Source: Chloroflexota bacterium (GTDB lineage Bacteria > Chloroflexota > UBA6077 > FW602-bin22 > JAMCYS01). From it: a stretch of DNA of 64,000 nt. The position numbers were made by a program, and so were the translations under genes. The stretch is taken from assembly GCA_023473795.1 (NCBI GenBank), contig JAMCYS010000041.1:14370-78369 (forward strand), written 5' to 3'. A model generated the notes under the pieces. That model was not told the DNA's origin. It searched no databases and saw only the letters and a program-made list of their open reading frames with translations. This document shows, piece by piece, positions 7,362 to 16,380 of this stretch. Numbering within the stretch: position 1 is the stretch's first letter; each line of letters begins with the position of its first letter.

Positions 7362-9761
7362 GTGCCAACTAGCACCAAGAGCAGCAAATCAAACAGGGGT
7401 GCCCCCACGAAGCCTAGTCGAGGCAAGAACAACCGATCATCAGGCAACGGCCGACACCGCCAGCTAAGTACGCTGGGGCGCCTGCAACAAGTGGCGGTGG
7501 CGACGCTCGGTGCCGCCGCCCTGCTTTTGCTCATGCCGTTGCTGGTCGAGAACGCGAATCCCTGGCTGGATGAGGCCCGCGGGGCTTTGCAGAGCCAACT
7601 GGGGCTCGGCGCCTACATCCTGCCGCTGTTGCTCATAGTGCTCGCCTTTCTGCTGTCTGTTTCCTTGCGTCGGCGGGGCTTCCGGCTGCAGTGGCCCCAG
7701 GCAGTCGGCTGGCTGGCCTTCTTCGTCGGCCTGCTAGGCCTGCTCTCCTGGCTGCAGGCCCTGGGCGTGTGGGCGCCGGCCGACAACGCCAGCGGTACGT
7801 TTGGTCGCGCGGCCTACCGAGCGTTGCTCGATCTTTTCGGCCAAGCGGGGTCGGCCTTAGTTCTCCTGCTCCTTTGTTTGGGAGGGTTGACGGCCGGGCT
7901 GGGTGTGGCCATGCGGCGTGTCTGGGCCAGCGTGCGCGCCCTGGCCAGGACGGGCACTCGGATGGGCCGCTGGCTGCGCAAGCGAGCGCTGCCATTTCTC
8001 CAGCGGGCGGCGAGGCTGAGCACTATCCTGCTGCGGCGGACGTGGCTGGGGCTGCGTCGCGGAGCCCTGCACCTCTGGGCTCGCGGGCGGAGTGCCGCCA
8101 AGCAGCAATTGCTGCGCTGGCGGGCCTGGCGGCAGAGCCAGGCTAAGGCCGGCCCAGCCGGGGAGGCCCAACTGCCGGCGGTCGCGAGCGGGGAGGACGA
8201 CAAGGAGACGGCAACCAAAGCGGCTGCCGGCCGGGCGTCCAAGTCCAAGCCTGCACCTGTGTCCTCCGGAGACGAGCTGCCCCGGCCCGTGCCGGGCGGT
8301 GCCTGGCAGCTGCCGCCGTTGACTTTGCTTGAGGCGACGGTCGAGTCGGAGGGCACGCCGGCGGACGACGAGGAGCGCTTCCGGGCGATAGAGCGAACAA
8401 TCGAGAAGACTCTGTCCGACTTCGGCGTGCCCGTCAAGGTCGTGGAGCGGCGCCCAGGGCCGACCGTGACACAGTTCGGCGTCGAACCCATGTTCCACGA
8501 GAAGCGGGCACGTGACGGGACTCTGCTGCGCCGCGAAAAGGTCAAAGTGCGCGAGATCACCTCCCGTGCCACCGACCTCTCTCTGGCGCTGGCCGCGCGC
8601 TCCATCCGGATCGAGGCGCCGGTCCCTGGGCGCTCGGTTGTTGGCATCGAGGTGCCCAACCAAGCCGCGGCGATGGTATCGCTGCGGGGCGAACTGGAGA
8701 ACCGCAACTTCCAGCGCGCTCTGGTCAAGTCGGCCCTGCCGATCGTGCTAGGACGGGATGTCTCAGGCGAAGTGGTGGTTGGCGACCTGGCCAAGATGCC
8801 ACACCTCCTGATTGCCGGTGCCACCGGCTCGGGCAAGTCGGTTTGCATCAACTCCATTATCGCTACCCTCCTCATGAACCACCCGCCGGACTATCTGCGT
8901 TTCTTGATGATCGACCCGAAGCGGGTGGAGCTGGCGCTTTTCGACTCCATACCACACCTGTTGCGTCCCGTCGTGGTGGACGTGGAGAAAGCCGTGCCGA
9001 CCCTCATCCAGGCCGTCGCGGAAATGGACAAGCGTTATCGCGCCTTTCAGGCCTTCGGCGTCCGCAACATCGAGGGCTACAATCGGGTCGTCGCCCGTGA
9101 CGGCGGGCGCCCGCGACTCCCGTACATGGTGCTGATGATTGACGAGCTGGCCGATCTTATGATGCTCGCCTCGGACGAGGTCGAGCGCACCCTCTGCCGT
9201 CTTGCCCAGCTAGCGCGCGCCACCGGCATTCACCTTGTCGTCGCCACCCAGCGACCATCGGTGGACATAGTGACCGGACTCATCAAGGCCAATTTCCCCA
9301 CCCGCATCAGTTTTATGGTGATGTCCCAAGTCGACTCGCGCACGATTCTGGACATGGGTGGCGCCGAGAAGCTTCTCGGTCGGGGGGATATGCTCTATCT
9401 CCCCAGCGATGCACCCAAGCCGCTGCGCCTGCAAGGGACTTTCGTTTCCGACAAGGAGATAGAAGACGTCACCGGTTTCTGGCGGGCACAGAGGTCGACT
9501 GAGTACGTAAGCGACTTCGTAGATCTGCCGACCTGGAGCCCGGGCGGCGGTGACGGCCAGGACGAGCTCTACGAGCAGGCCGTGGCCTTGACGCGCGAGC
9601 ACTCGGGTCGCGTCTCAGTCTCGTTCCTCCAGCGCCGCTTGCGCATCGGCTGGAACCGCGCGGCTCGCCTGATGGAGATGCTGGAGGAGAACGGGGAACT
9701 GCCGGGTGCGCCGGCCAACGGCGACGTGGAAGAGCCGGCCAGCGCGGCCGAGGATGCCTAA
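7362..9761 (+). CDS. ftsK: DNA translocase FtsK/SpoIIIE
   Basis: N-terminal polytopic region, a Pro/Ala-rich linker, the motor domain with Walker A IAGATGSGKSV and Walker B MVLMIDELADL, and a C-terminal gamma winged helix (VSVSFLQRRLRIGWNRAARLME). Start moved to GTG 7362, which lies 6 nt after GGAGG. The track start 7323 overlaps rnj. Confidence 0.92.
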   Translation: MPTSTKSSKSNRGAPTKPSRGKNNRSSGNGRHRQLSTLGRLQQVAVATLGAAALLLLMPLLVENANPWLDEARGALQSQLGLGAYILPLLLIVLAFLLSVSLRRRGFRLQWPQAVGWLAFFVGLLGLLSWLQALGVWAPADNASGTFGRAAYRALLDLFGQAGSALVLLLLCLGGLTAGLGVAMRRVWASVRALARTGTRMGRWLRKRALPFLQRAARLSTILLRRTWLGLRRGALHLWARGRSAAKQQLLRWRAWRQSQAKAGPAGEAQLPAVASGEDDKETATKAAAGRASKSKPAPVSSGDELPRPVPGGAWQLPPLTLLEATVESEGTPADDEERFRAIERTIEKTLSDFGVPVKVVERRPGPTVTQFGVEPMFHEKRARDGTLLRREKVKVREITSRATDLSLALAARSIRIEAPVPGRSVVGIEVPNQAAAMVSLRGELENRNFQRALVKSALPIVLGRDVSGEVVVGDLAKMPHLLIAGATGSGKSVCINSIIATLLMNHPPDYLRFLMIDPKRVELALFDSIPHLLRPVVVDVEKAVPTLIQAVAEMDKRYRAFQAFGVRNIEGYNRVVARDGGRPRLPYMVLMIDELADLMMLASDEVERTLCRLAQLARATGIHLVVATQRPSVDIVTGLIKANFPTRISFMVMSQVDSRTILDMGGAEKLLGRGDMLYLPSDAPKPLRLQGTFVSDKEIEDVTGFWRAQRSTEYVSDFVDLPTWSPGGGDGQDELYEQAVALTREHSGRVSVSFLQRRLRIGWNRAARLMEMLEENGELPGAPANGDVEEPASAAEDA

Positions 9762-11797
9762 TAGGGAATAGGGATACGCCGCGACGCCGGCAGCAACGCG
9801 AGCGAGTACTCGACGTCTACCGTTTGCGTACTAAGAGGGGCGAAAGCGGTTACGACGAGGATTCGCTTTTCCTGGTCTCCGGAGGGAGACAAACGCAAAC
9901 GGGCATCTCCAAGGGAGTCCAAGCCGATCTTCTGTACGATGTTCTCACCGTCTTGCCGGACGAGGTAGAGGCGATACGTCTGGGGAACGGTGCCGTCGCT
10001 GCGGAAGAACCCCTCCCCTTGCCAGTTGTCCTCTATTTCCGCGCCAGCCGCGAAGCCAATCGCCGGCACCTCCAGGTCGTCAAGGGCGAAGCCGGCGCCG
10101 TTGATGCCGTCGTCGGTCACGTAGTCGAAGCGGAGCAACACCTGCCGACCGACTAGCGACGCCAGATCGACCTCCTCCTGCTGCCAAACAGGCCCCTGGC
10201 CGCCACCGCTGACGCCCGTCCAGCCCTGACCCAGATTGTTGCCGGCAGGGTTGGCGCCGGTAGTGTGGGTTGTAGGGAGATTCAGCCACGTCCGCCCCCC
10301 GTCCGCCGAGGCACTCAAGTAGACGTAATCAAAGCCGTCTTCCAGATCGTACCAGTCCCAGAAACGCAGGGTGGCCCGGCTGACAGAGCGCAAGTCCAGT
10401 TGGAACGTCAGTCGCGAATCCATTACGTCCCCTCGGTTGCTCCACCAGAAGTAGTGGCCGCTGTGCGCCTGAGTTGGCATCAGCGCGGCAGAGGCGGGGC
10501 CCTGGAACTGCAGGCTTAGACGTTGTTGGCTGCTCGGCAACAGGTAATAGCTAGCGGCATACTCGCTCAGCGTGTCGATGGCCCCATTCGCAGGGCCGAG
10601 AGCGGTGATCGCGCGGGTTGGCGTCACCGGCGCGGCGTAGCCAAAGCGGCTTGACCCTCCCGCCTGTTGGCCGACAACGTTGGCCACAGCCCAGTCGGCG
10701 ACTAGATCTTCGAAGCGCAGGTGCCGGGCGCCGATATATGCCAGGTAGTTGTCAAACAGATCGGCGCCACGTCCGGGCAGGGAAAGGAGGCGCGGTAGGG
10801 CGTCACGACCAAAGCGGTCGGCGAAGTAGCGCATGAACAGGTAAGCGGCACCATAGTGGGCGGCCGCCTGACCGGCGCTGGGGGCCCAAGTCGTCAGCTG
10901 GGTCTCCGGGCTGGCCATGAATGTGCTGGCGACGCCGCGGTCACCTATGCCGGAGACCCAGCTGGCCGCCAGTTCCGAGCAACCCTCGTTTATCCAATTG
11001 TCCACGGCAGGCTGGTGCAGCCAGCGCACGAGGTGCTGCAGCTCGTGCGCCATCAGGGCAGCGAAGGCGCTCGTGCCCGGGGTCGCGGAGGCGGCGCTCA
11101 TGTAGATGATATGGCGTTCATTGCTGTAATGGTGCAGCCAGGCGGGAAACTCGTCGAAGCCACTGTGATAGCCGTCCAGACCGGGCAGGCGGCAGATCAG
11201 CACCGCGACCCGCCCGTCGCCGTCCGGCCCCGGCCGGTCGAGAAGGCCGAAGTACGAGCCGACAACCGGCAGGGCCCGATTCTCGAAGTCGTTCACCGAC
11301 TGCGCCAGCCCCGTCGCCGGCACATCCACCCCTTCCTCGACGTAGAAGTAGGCGTGCGGGCTGATTGTCACCAGCGTGGCACGGGCACTCCTGTAGGCGG
11401 CGGGCGATGATTGTTGCACCCAGAAAGAGTGGGTAGTACCGACGCTCGGGGCAGGTTCGGCAGTCGGGCTGACTGTGTGGCTGCCCGTGATGCCAAAACG
11501 AGCGGCCAAGTCGAAAAGATCGCGCGGTGGGCGCTCGGTCTCCCAAGGATAGTGGCGAACGGTGACCGGCCCCACGTCCGGTCCTACGGTGGAGGATAGC
11601 AAATTGCCGCTGGTTGCGGCCGTGCGTGCTACCGGTGGGCTTGTTAGCGGCGCCACGACGCTCACGCCGAGCGCGGAAGATATACTTGGGTGGGCACTGA
11701 TTGGCGTGGGAGGCATCTCTGGGAGAAGCGTTCCGCCGAGGCTCGCTGCAAATAACAGAGCGGCCGCGAGAATGCCGGGAAGAGCCGGCGCCCTCAC
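9758..11797 (-). CDS. Secreted zinc metallopeptidase (HExxH...E, gluzincin-like) with C-terminal beta-sandwich-like domain
   Basis: MAHELQHL...WINEGCSE gives the HExxH motif and a downstream Glu. The N-terminal signal-like segment is RAPALPGILAAALLFAASLGG. The C-terminal segment FDYVYLSASADGGRTWLNL...LLRFDYVTDD resembles domains seen in InhA/M6-type proteases. Start set at GTG 11797, overlapping the punA stop (GTGA). The track's longer ORF overlaps punA. Confidence 0.6.
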   Translation of the reverse strand: MRAPALPGILAAALLFAASLGGTLLPEMPPTPISAHPSISSALGVSVVAPLTSPPVARTAATSGNLLSSTVGPDVGPVTVRHYPWETERPPRDLFDLAARFGITGSHTVSPTAEPAPSVGTTHSFWVQQSSPAAYRSARATLVTISPHAYFYVEEGVDVPATGLAQSVNDFENRALPVVGSYFGLLDRPGPDGDGRVAVLICRLPGLDGYHSGFDEFPAWLHHYSNERHIIYMSAASATPGTSAFAALMAHELQHLVRWLHQPAVDNWINEGCSELAASWVSGIGDRGVASTFMASPETQLTTWAPSAGQAAAHYGAAYLFMRYFADRFGRDALPRLLSLPGRGADLFDNYLAYIGARHLRFEDLVADWAVANVVGQQAGGSSRFGYAAPVTPTRAITALGPANGAIDTLSEYAASYYLLPSSQQRLSLQFQGPASAALMPTQAHSGHYFWWSNRGDVMDSRLTFQLDLRSVSRATLRFWDWYDLEDGFDYVYLSASADGGRTWLNLPTTHTTGANPAGNNLGQGWTGVSGGGQGPVWQQEEVDLASLVGRQVLLRFDYVTDDGINGAGFALDDLEVPAIGFAAGAEIEDNWQGEGFFRSDGTVPQTYRLYLVRQDGENIVQKIGLDSLGDARLRLSPSGDQEKRILVVTAFAPLSTQTVDVEYSLALLPASRRIPIPY

Positions 11798-12630
11798 GGC
11801 TCCAGGCGCGGCAGCAGAGCGGCGAGCAGACTGGCTAGCTTTGGCTCTGCGACCGCTCCTCCGGCCAACACCTGCTCGTGGCTGAGCGAATGATTCTCGC
11901 CGCCATTTGCCGCGTTGGCAATCGCCGAGATTCCGAGAACGCGCAGGCCCAGTTGCCGTGCCGCAACCACCTCGGGGCAGGTGGACATGCCGACCGCGTC
12001 GCCACCTAGCGCCCTGAGCAGCCGCAGTTCGGCCGGAGTCTCGTAGTGTGGCCCCGCGACCATTACGTAGACGCCTTCGTGTAACTGCAGTCCCGTCGCC
12101 TCGGCGGCGCCGCGGGCGAGTTGACGTAACTGCCAATCATAGGCCATAGCTAGAGGGACGAAACGTGCGCCGAGCTCGGGGTCGTCCTCACCGAAAAGCG
12201 GACTGGCCCCCGACATACCCGGTAGGAAGATATGGTCGGCGATGAGCATGAGATCCCCCGGCTGGTAGGCAGGGTTGAGACCGCCAGCCGTGTTGGTTAC
12301 TATCAGGACCCGGCAGCCTAGGGCCGACAGCAGGCGCACAGGAAAGGCGACCTCGCCGGCCGAGTACCCTTCGTAGAGGTGAACCCGACCGTGGAGGATC
12401 GCCACGTCCTGGCCATGCAGCTTGGCCAGCACGAGCGTTCCCTCGTGTCCGGCGACTGTTGGGCGTGGGAAATGTGGAATCGTGCGGCACGGCAAAGTGA
12501 TGGCCGCGGGGGAGCCCGAAAAGAGCGCCCCGAGACCAGAGCCGAGCACTATACCGATCCGAGGGCGCAGAGGACAACGCTCGCGCACGGACCGCGCGGC
12601 TTCGCGGGCTTGAACCCCAGGAGAGCTCAT
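11794..12630 (-). CDS. punA: Purine nucleoside phosphorylase (trimeric PNP/PunA type)
   Basis: IGIVLGSGLG, IPHFPRPTVAGHEGTLV, GRVHLYEGY, VTNTAGGLN. ATG 12630 overlaps the darA stop (ATGA). Confidence 0.85.
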   Translation of the reverse strand: MSSPGVQAREAARSVRERCPLRPRIGIVLGSGLGALFSGSPAAITLPCRTIPHFPRPTVAGHEGTLVLAKLHGQDVAILHGRVHLYEGYSAGEVAFPVRLLSALGCRVLIVTNTAGGLNPAYQPGDLMLIADHIFLPGMSGASPLFGEDDPELGARFVPLAMAYDWQLRQLARGAAEATGLQLHEGVYVMVAGPHYETPAELRLLRALGGDAVGMSTCPEVVAARQLGLRVLGISAIANAANGGENHSLSHEQVLAGGAVAEPKLASLLAALLPRLEP

Positions 12631-12956
12631 AGCTGCCGGTAGTTCTCGACGTCCAGGACGAACAATGTAGCGCCGCCGACCTGCACCTCGACCGGGTAGG
12701 GCATGTAAAACTCGCCTGGCTCCATAACCGGCGGCAACGGGTTGAGGTACTGGGTGCGAGTGTGGCAGTTGGCTCGGATCACGGCCAGCACGTCTTCGAC
12801 TTGACTCTCCTCCACCCCGAGCACGACCGTGGCATTGCTTTCCTTCAGAAAGCCGCCAGCCGTGTTCATGCGGGTGGAGCGGTATCCTTTCTGCGATAGC
12901 GCTTCCAGCAATCCGCCGGCATCCTCATTCTGGACAATGGCGAGAATGAGCTTCAT
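12627..12956 (-). CDS. darA: Cyclic-di-AMP receptor protein DarA/PstA (PII-like, YaaQ family)
   Basis: It aligns end-to-end from memory with B. subtilis YaaQ: MKLI.A.VQ..D...L...L...G.R.T...T.GGFL...N.T...GVE...V...L..I, then YPVEV.VGGAT.FVL. It has the same position next to tmk as in Firmicutes. Confidence 0.88.
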   Translation of the reverse strand: MKLILAIVQNEDAGGLLEALSQKGYRSTRMNTAGGFLKESNATVVLGVEESQVEDVLAVIRANCHTRTQYLNPLPPVMEPGEFYMPYPVEVQVGGATLFVLDVENYRQL

Positions 12957-13046
12957 CCCCTCTTCCTTCCTTCGCTGTTGTACGCTGGGCTGCGGGCACG
13001 GCCGTGCGGCAAACGCGCGCCGTACGTCATGCGTCGCTTGGATCGG

Positions 13047-13655
13047 CTACTGGCCTATGCTCCCGCTAAGCCGCTGCAGAATGTGCTGGGCCACGACTTC
13101 CGGCTTCTGGCTGGCGTCCACCACCAGCCACCTGTCAGGCTCAGCCCGAACCAAGGTGAGATAACCCTCTCGTACCCGCCGGTGAAAAGCCAGAGTCTCC
13201 CTCTCGAAGCGATCGTCGGCACCGCCCAGCTTTCGCAGCAGGCCATCGCTCGGCGGCAAGTCGAGCAAGACACTGATGTCCGGTCGCAAACCCTCGGTGG
13301 CGAAGGTGACTACCGATTCCACGGCAGTCAATTCCAGTCCGCGGCCAAAGGACTGGTAGGCCAGCGTCGAGTCGGCGTAGCGATCACAGATTACCACCAG
13401 GCCCCGGGCCAGTCCGGGCCGCACAACTTCGGCCAGCAGCTGGGCGCGCGCGGCGCAGAACAAGAGCGTCTCGGCGCGGGGAGTCAGTGCCACCCTGGAG
13501 TCCATCAGGAGCTCGCGGAGGCGGTCCCCCAGGGCCGTGCCCCCCGGTTCGCGAGTGAGCAGCGTCTTCACCCCTCGACCTGCCAAGTGGCTTGCCAGAA
13601 GTTGGGCTTGCGTCGATTTGCCGCTGCCCTCCGGACCCTCGAGGCTAATGAACAA
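13047..13655 (-). CDS. tmk: Thymidylate kinase
   Basis: FISLEGPEGSGKSTQ (P-loop), TREPGGT, DRYADSTLAYQ. TTG start abuts the upstream stop with a 0-nt gap. Confidence 0.92.
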   Translation of the reverse strand: MFISLEGPEGSGKSTQAQLLASHLAGRGVKTLLTREPGGTALGDRLRELLMDSRVALTPRAETLLFCAARAQLLAEVVRPGLARGLVVICDRYADSTLAYQSFGRGLELTAVESVVTFATEGLRPDISVLLDLPPSDGLLRKLGGADDRFERETLAFHRRVREGYLTLVRAEPDRWLVVDASQKPEVVAQHILQRLSGSIGQ

Positions 13656-15200
13656 CTAACCGTTCTCCTCCCTGAAGATCTGCACCCTTCTGTTGGGCTC
13701 CTTGCCTCGACTACGGGAGTTGAGATTGTATCGCTCCGCCAGTTCGTGTTGTATGCGTCGCACGTAGGCATTCTGCGGGGTGAGCTCGACGGAGTCCCGG
13801 CCAGCTAGAACGTGCTCGATGGCCATTTCCGCCTCTGAGATGGCGTCGCCCACCTCGTCCGGCGGCACGTCCAAGTCCAGCAAGTTGGCCAGTGATTGCT
13901 GCATATTGAGAAGCGTATTGCTCTTGAGCACGTAGACTGGCAAGCCACGGGCCTCCGCGTCGCGCAGCGGCGACGGTTTGCGACGGTAGTAGTTGCGCAG
14001 GGTAACCACCGCGTCCGCGCTGCCCAGGTCCTTGGTGATCTCCACCGGAACCTCGAGCTCTCGCACTGCGTGCTCTAGTCGACCGGTGTTGACGCCGTAC
14101 GGGTAGAGCCGGGTCCGGTGCGTGCCGGCCAGCACCCGCGCCGGCGGGGGCGCTTCGGCCGCGGCGCGGCGCGGGGCCTGCCCTGCTTGCTCGGGGTGAA
14201 GGGCCCGCTCGCGGTGTAGGTTGCCCTCCGCATCGAAGTAGCGGAGCTCGGCCGCCGGCGGTTGGCCGCGCAATATGGAGTCGACCACGTCGGCGACGTT
14301 CTCGTGCACTGCAACCCGTTCCCAGCTCTGGATTTCGATGAGGACGTTGAAGGTGGGCGGGGCTTTGCGTTCCAGCACGGTCTTTTGCGTGCCGCGCCGT
14401 CGCGCCTCTTCGTCGCCCAGGGTAACCGTCTGGATGCCTCCGACCAGATCGGAGAGGGTCGGATTAAGCATAAGGTTCTCAAGCGTGTTGCCGTGAGCCG
14501 TCCCCACGAGCTGCACGCCCCGTTCGGCAATGGTGCGCGCCGCGGCGGCTTCCAGCTCGGTGCCGATTTCGTCGATCACGATGACTTCCGGCATGTGGTT
14601 TTCCACGGCCTCGATCATCACCGCGTGCTGAAGCGCGGGCGTAGGCACCTGCATGCGGCGGGCCCGGCCTATGGCCGGATGGGGCACGTCGCCGTCGCCA
14701 GCGATTTCGTTCGAGGTGTCCACGATGACCACGCGCTTGCGGAAGTCGTCCGCCAAGACGCGGGCCACCTCGCGCAGCATCGTCGTCTTGCCCACACCGG
14801 GGCGCCCCAGGAGCAGGATGCTCTTGCCCGATTCCACGATGTCGGAAACGATATCGATGGTGCCAAAGACGGCGCGGCCGACACGGCAGGTCAAGCCGAC
14901 GATGCGGCCCACGCGATTGCGAATAGCCGAAATGCGGTTGAGCGTCCGTTCGATACCGGCCCGGTTGTCTTCTCCGAAGGCGCTAATGCGGGCGACCACG
15001 TAGTCAATGTCATCAGGAACGACTTCCTGTTGACTGAGAATTACTTCGCGACCGGGCAGACGTGCCTCGGGCAGCCGTCCCAGGTCCATCACGACTTCAA
15101 GCACGCTGTCCCTGTCGCCGAGCGCGCGCACCGGTTCGGCTATGCGCGGCGGCACTGCACTTAGCAGCGGCTCCAGGTCGTTGCCAACGACTCTTGGCAT
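13656..15200 (-). CDS. Ycf45-like AAA ATPase with C-terminal R3H nucleic-acid-binding domain
   Basis: Walker [17 protein letters not shown] and Walker [10 protein letters not shown] (SpoIIIAA-like core). The C-terminal segment [36 protein letters not shown] has the R-x3-H pattern. Confidence 0.8.
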   Translation of the reverse strand: MPRVVGNDLEPLLSAVPPRIAEPVRALGDRDSVLEVVMDLGRLPEARLPGREVILSQQEVVPDDIDYVVARISAFGEDNRAGIERTLNRISAIRNRVGRIVGLTCRVGRAVFGTIDIVSDIVESGKSILLLGRPGVGKTTMLREVARVLADDFRKRVVIVDTSNEIAGDGDVPHPAIGRARRMQVPTPALQHAVMIEAVENHMPEVIVIDEIGTELEAAAARTIAERGVQLVGTAHGNTLENLMLNPTLSDLVGGIQTVTLGDEEARRRGTQKTVLERKAPPTFNVLIEIQSWERVAVHENVADVVDSILRGQPPAAELRYFDAEGNLHRERALHPEQAGQAPRRAAAEAPPPARVLAGTHRTRLYPYGVNTGRLEHAVRELEVPVEITKDLGSADAVVTLRNYYRRKPSPLRDAEARGLPVYVLKSNTLLNMQQSLANLLDLDVPPDEVGDAISEAEMAIEHVLAGRDSVELTPQNAYVRRIQHELAERYNLNSRSRGKEPNRRVQIFREENG

Positions 15201-15258
15201 ATCCTATTGTCTACCTCTTACGGGTTTGTTTGTCGGGGTGGCTGGTGCTCGCCGAACA

Positions 15259-16197
15259 TCAAGCGCGCGCGGGAATTAGGCACCTGTCGAGCACGCGCAC
15301 GCTCAATGGCTTCACCGTTAGCACGCTCTCGCCGATCTGGCTAAACCCCAGTTGCAGCAGAGATGATTCCAGGCTTGTCTCGTACTCGCGCGCCGGCACG
15401 TATACTGAGCCAGAGGCCGGCAGGTGAGCGATAGCAAAGGCCAGCAAGTCACCCGTCTGCTGTTGGCTAACCTGAGCTTCTTCAAGCGAAACACGTGCCA
15501 CGCGCCGCGCCGGCTCGACGCGCAACCAGGCGACGACCCGGTCGCCGCGCTCTAGTAAGTAGTCTTGGCGAGTACGTGAGAGACTGAGCCGCCAATGTCG
15601 TCGCGGGGTCCAGCCGTCCAGCCAGCGCCACTCCTGCAGCGTGAGGGCCTCGGCCTGTCGCACGCGCAGAGGCACGGCCCGGTTGTAGTGCTCGAACAGG
15701 GCCAGATTGTCCAGGCCACGGCGCACACGGGGCACATCGGCTGACCCTGTGCTCCCCTGCCCGGCGCCTCGGTAAAGCCGCTCAATGGTGTAGCCGTAGA
15801 AGCCAGCACGTCTGGCCACGGGAATTAGTGGACTGGACGAGGGAAGATTGAGAAACACCTTCTGGATGCCTTCGTCAGCGCCCACAGCGGCCAGGTGCAC
15901 CAGCAGGTCTTCGAGGACGCAGTCCATATCGTGGCCAGGTAACCCAAGTAGCCGCTCCACCTGCCACACAGCGGCGCCACGCCGGTTTCGGATGCTCACG
16001 AGGCCACGGATAGTGCGCTTCTCGGTGTATACCCACGTATGGATGGGCGCGTCGAGGGCCAGAGAGCCACCCAGGACGCGTAAAAGGCGGCTTGAGGCGT
16101 GGCCTGTTTCGCAGGCCTGCGGACCGTCTCCGGAGCATGCCTTATTGGCGAAAGCCATGTACGACGGCATGTCGGTGGGATGCAAGGGCCGAATCAT
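15259..16197 (-). CDS. Hypothetical protein, possible tandem GNAT-fold acetyltransferase
   Basis: MIRPLHPTDM..., GLVSIRNRRGAAVWQVERLL..., IQKVFLNLPSSSPLIPVARRAGFYGY resemble GNAT strands and helices. There is a second similar half. The start is ambiguous between ATG 16197 and GTG 16242. Confidence 0.4.
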   Translation of the reverse strand: MIRPLHPTDMPSYMAFANKACSGDGPQACETGHASSRLLRVLGGSLALDAPIHTWVYTEKRTIRGLVSIRNRRGAAVWQVERLLGLPGHDMDCVLEDLLVHLAAVGADEGIQKVFLNLPSSSPLIPVARRAGFYGYTIERLYRGAGQGSTGSADVPRVRRGLDNLALFEHYNRAVPLRVRQAEALTLQEWRWLDGWTPRRHWRLSLSRTRQDYLLERGDRVVAWLRVEPARRVARVSLEEAQVSQQQTGDLLAFAIAHLPASGSVYVPAREYETSLESSLLQLGFSQIGESVLTVKPLSVRVLDRCLIPARA

Positions 16198-16380
16198 CGC
16201 CACTGTACTCCGTCGAGGGCGCCCGTCGGTGGCCGCGGCCACCGTGCCACTCGCCTGGCGCTTGGGGCCAGTATTGCCATTTCCGCCGAAATTGTAACAC
16301 AGGCCCTCAAGGCCGGCAAGAAATGGTTGCTTCCCCGATTGTCAATGGGGCGAGGCTCTGGCAAGTGGTTAGCTTAGTGC

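Noticed and set aside
9758-12136. N-terminal extensions offered by the ORF track for several genes:
- 9758-12136
- 16381-17769
- 22434-25028
- 29166-30374
- 34861-36279
- 37435-38514
- 38339-39418
- 54821-56551
   Set aside because: - The extensions overlap the well-supported upstream gene, or a promoter or riboswitch.
- They encode Arg/Pro-rich filler.
- Internal starts with SD sequences or 4-nt stop/start overlaps give N-termini that match family expectations.
11794-12630. The idea that the PNP-family gene is the MTA phosphorylase feeding MtnA.
   Set aside because: The motifs (GSGLG, HFP..TV.GH.G, GR.H.YEG) match inosine/guanosine-type PunA better than MTAP, and the gene is 26 kb from the salvage operon. 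MTAP status is left open.
16194-16296. TTGCCG-17-TACAAT is followed 10 nt later by a 28-codon ORF (MAILAPSARRVARWPRPPTGALDGVQWR). Its TGA overlaps the ATG 16197 of the GNAT-like gene (ATGA).
   Set aside because: - It could be a coupled leader peptide.
- However, the peptide is typical GC-rich random translation.
- The GNAT gene has an alternative in-frame GTG start at 16242 that would make it irrelevant.
- There is no independent support for it.
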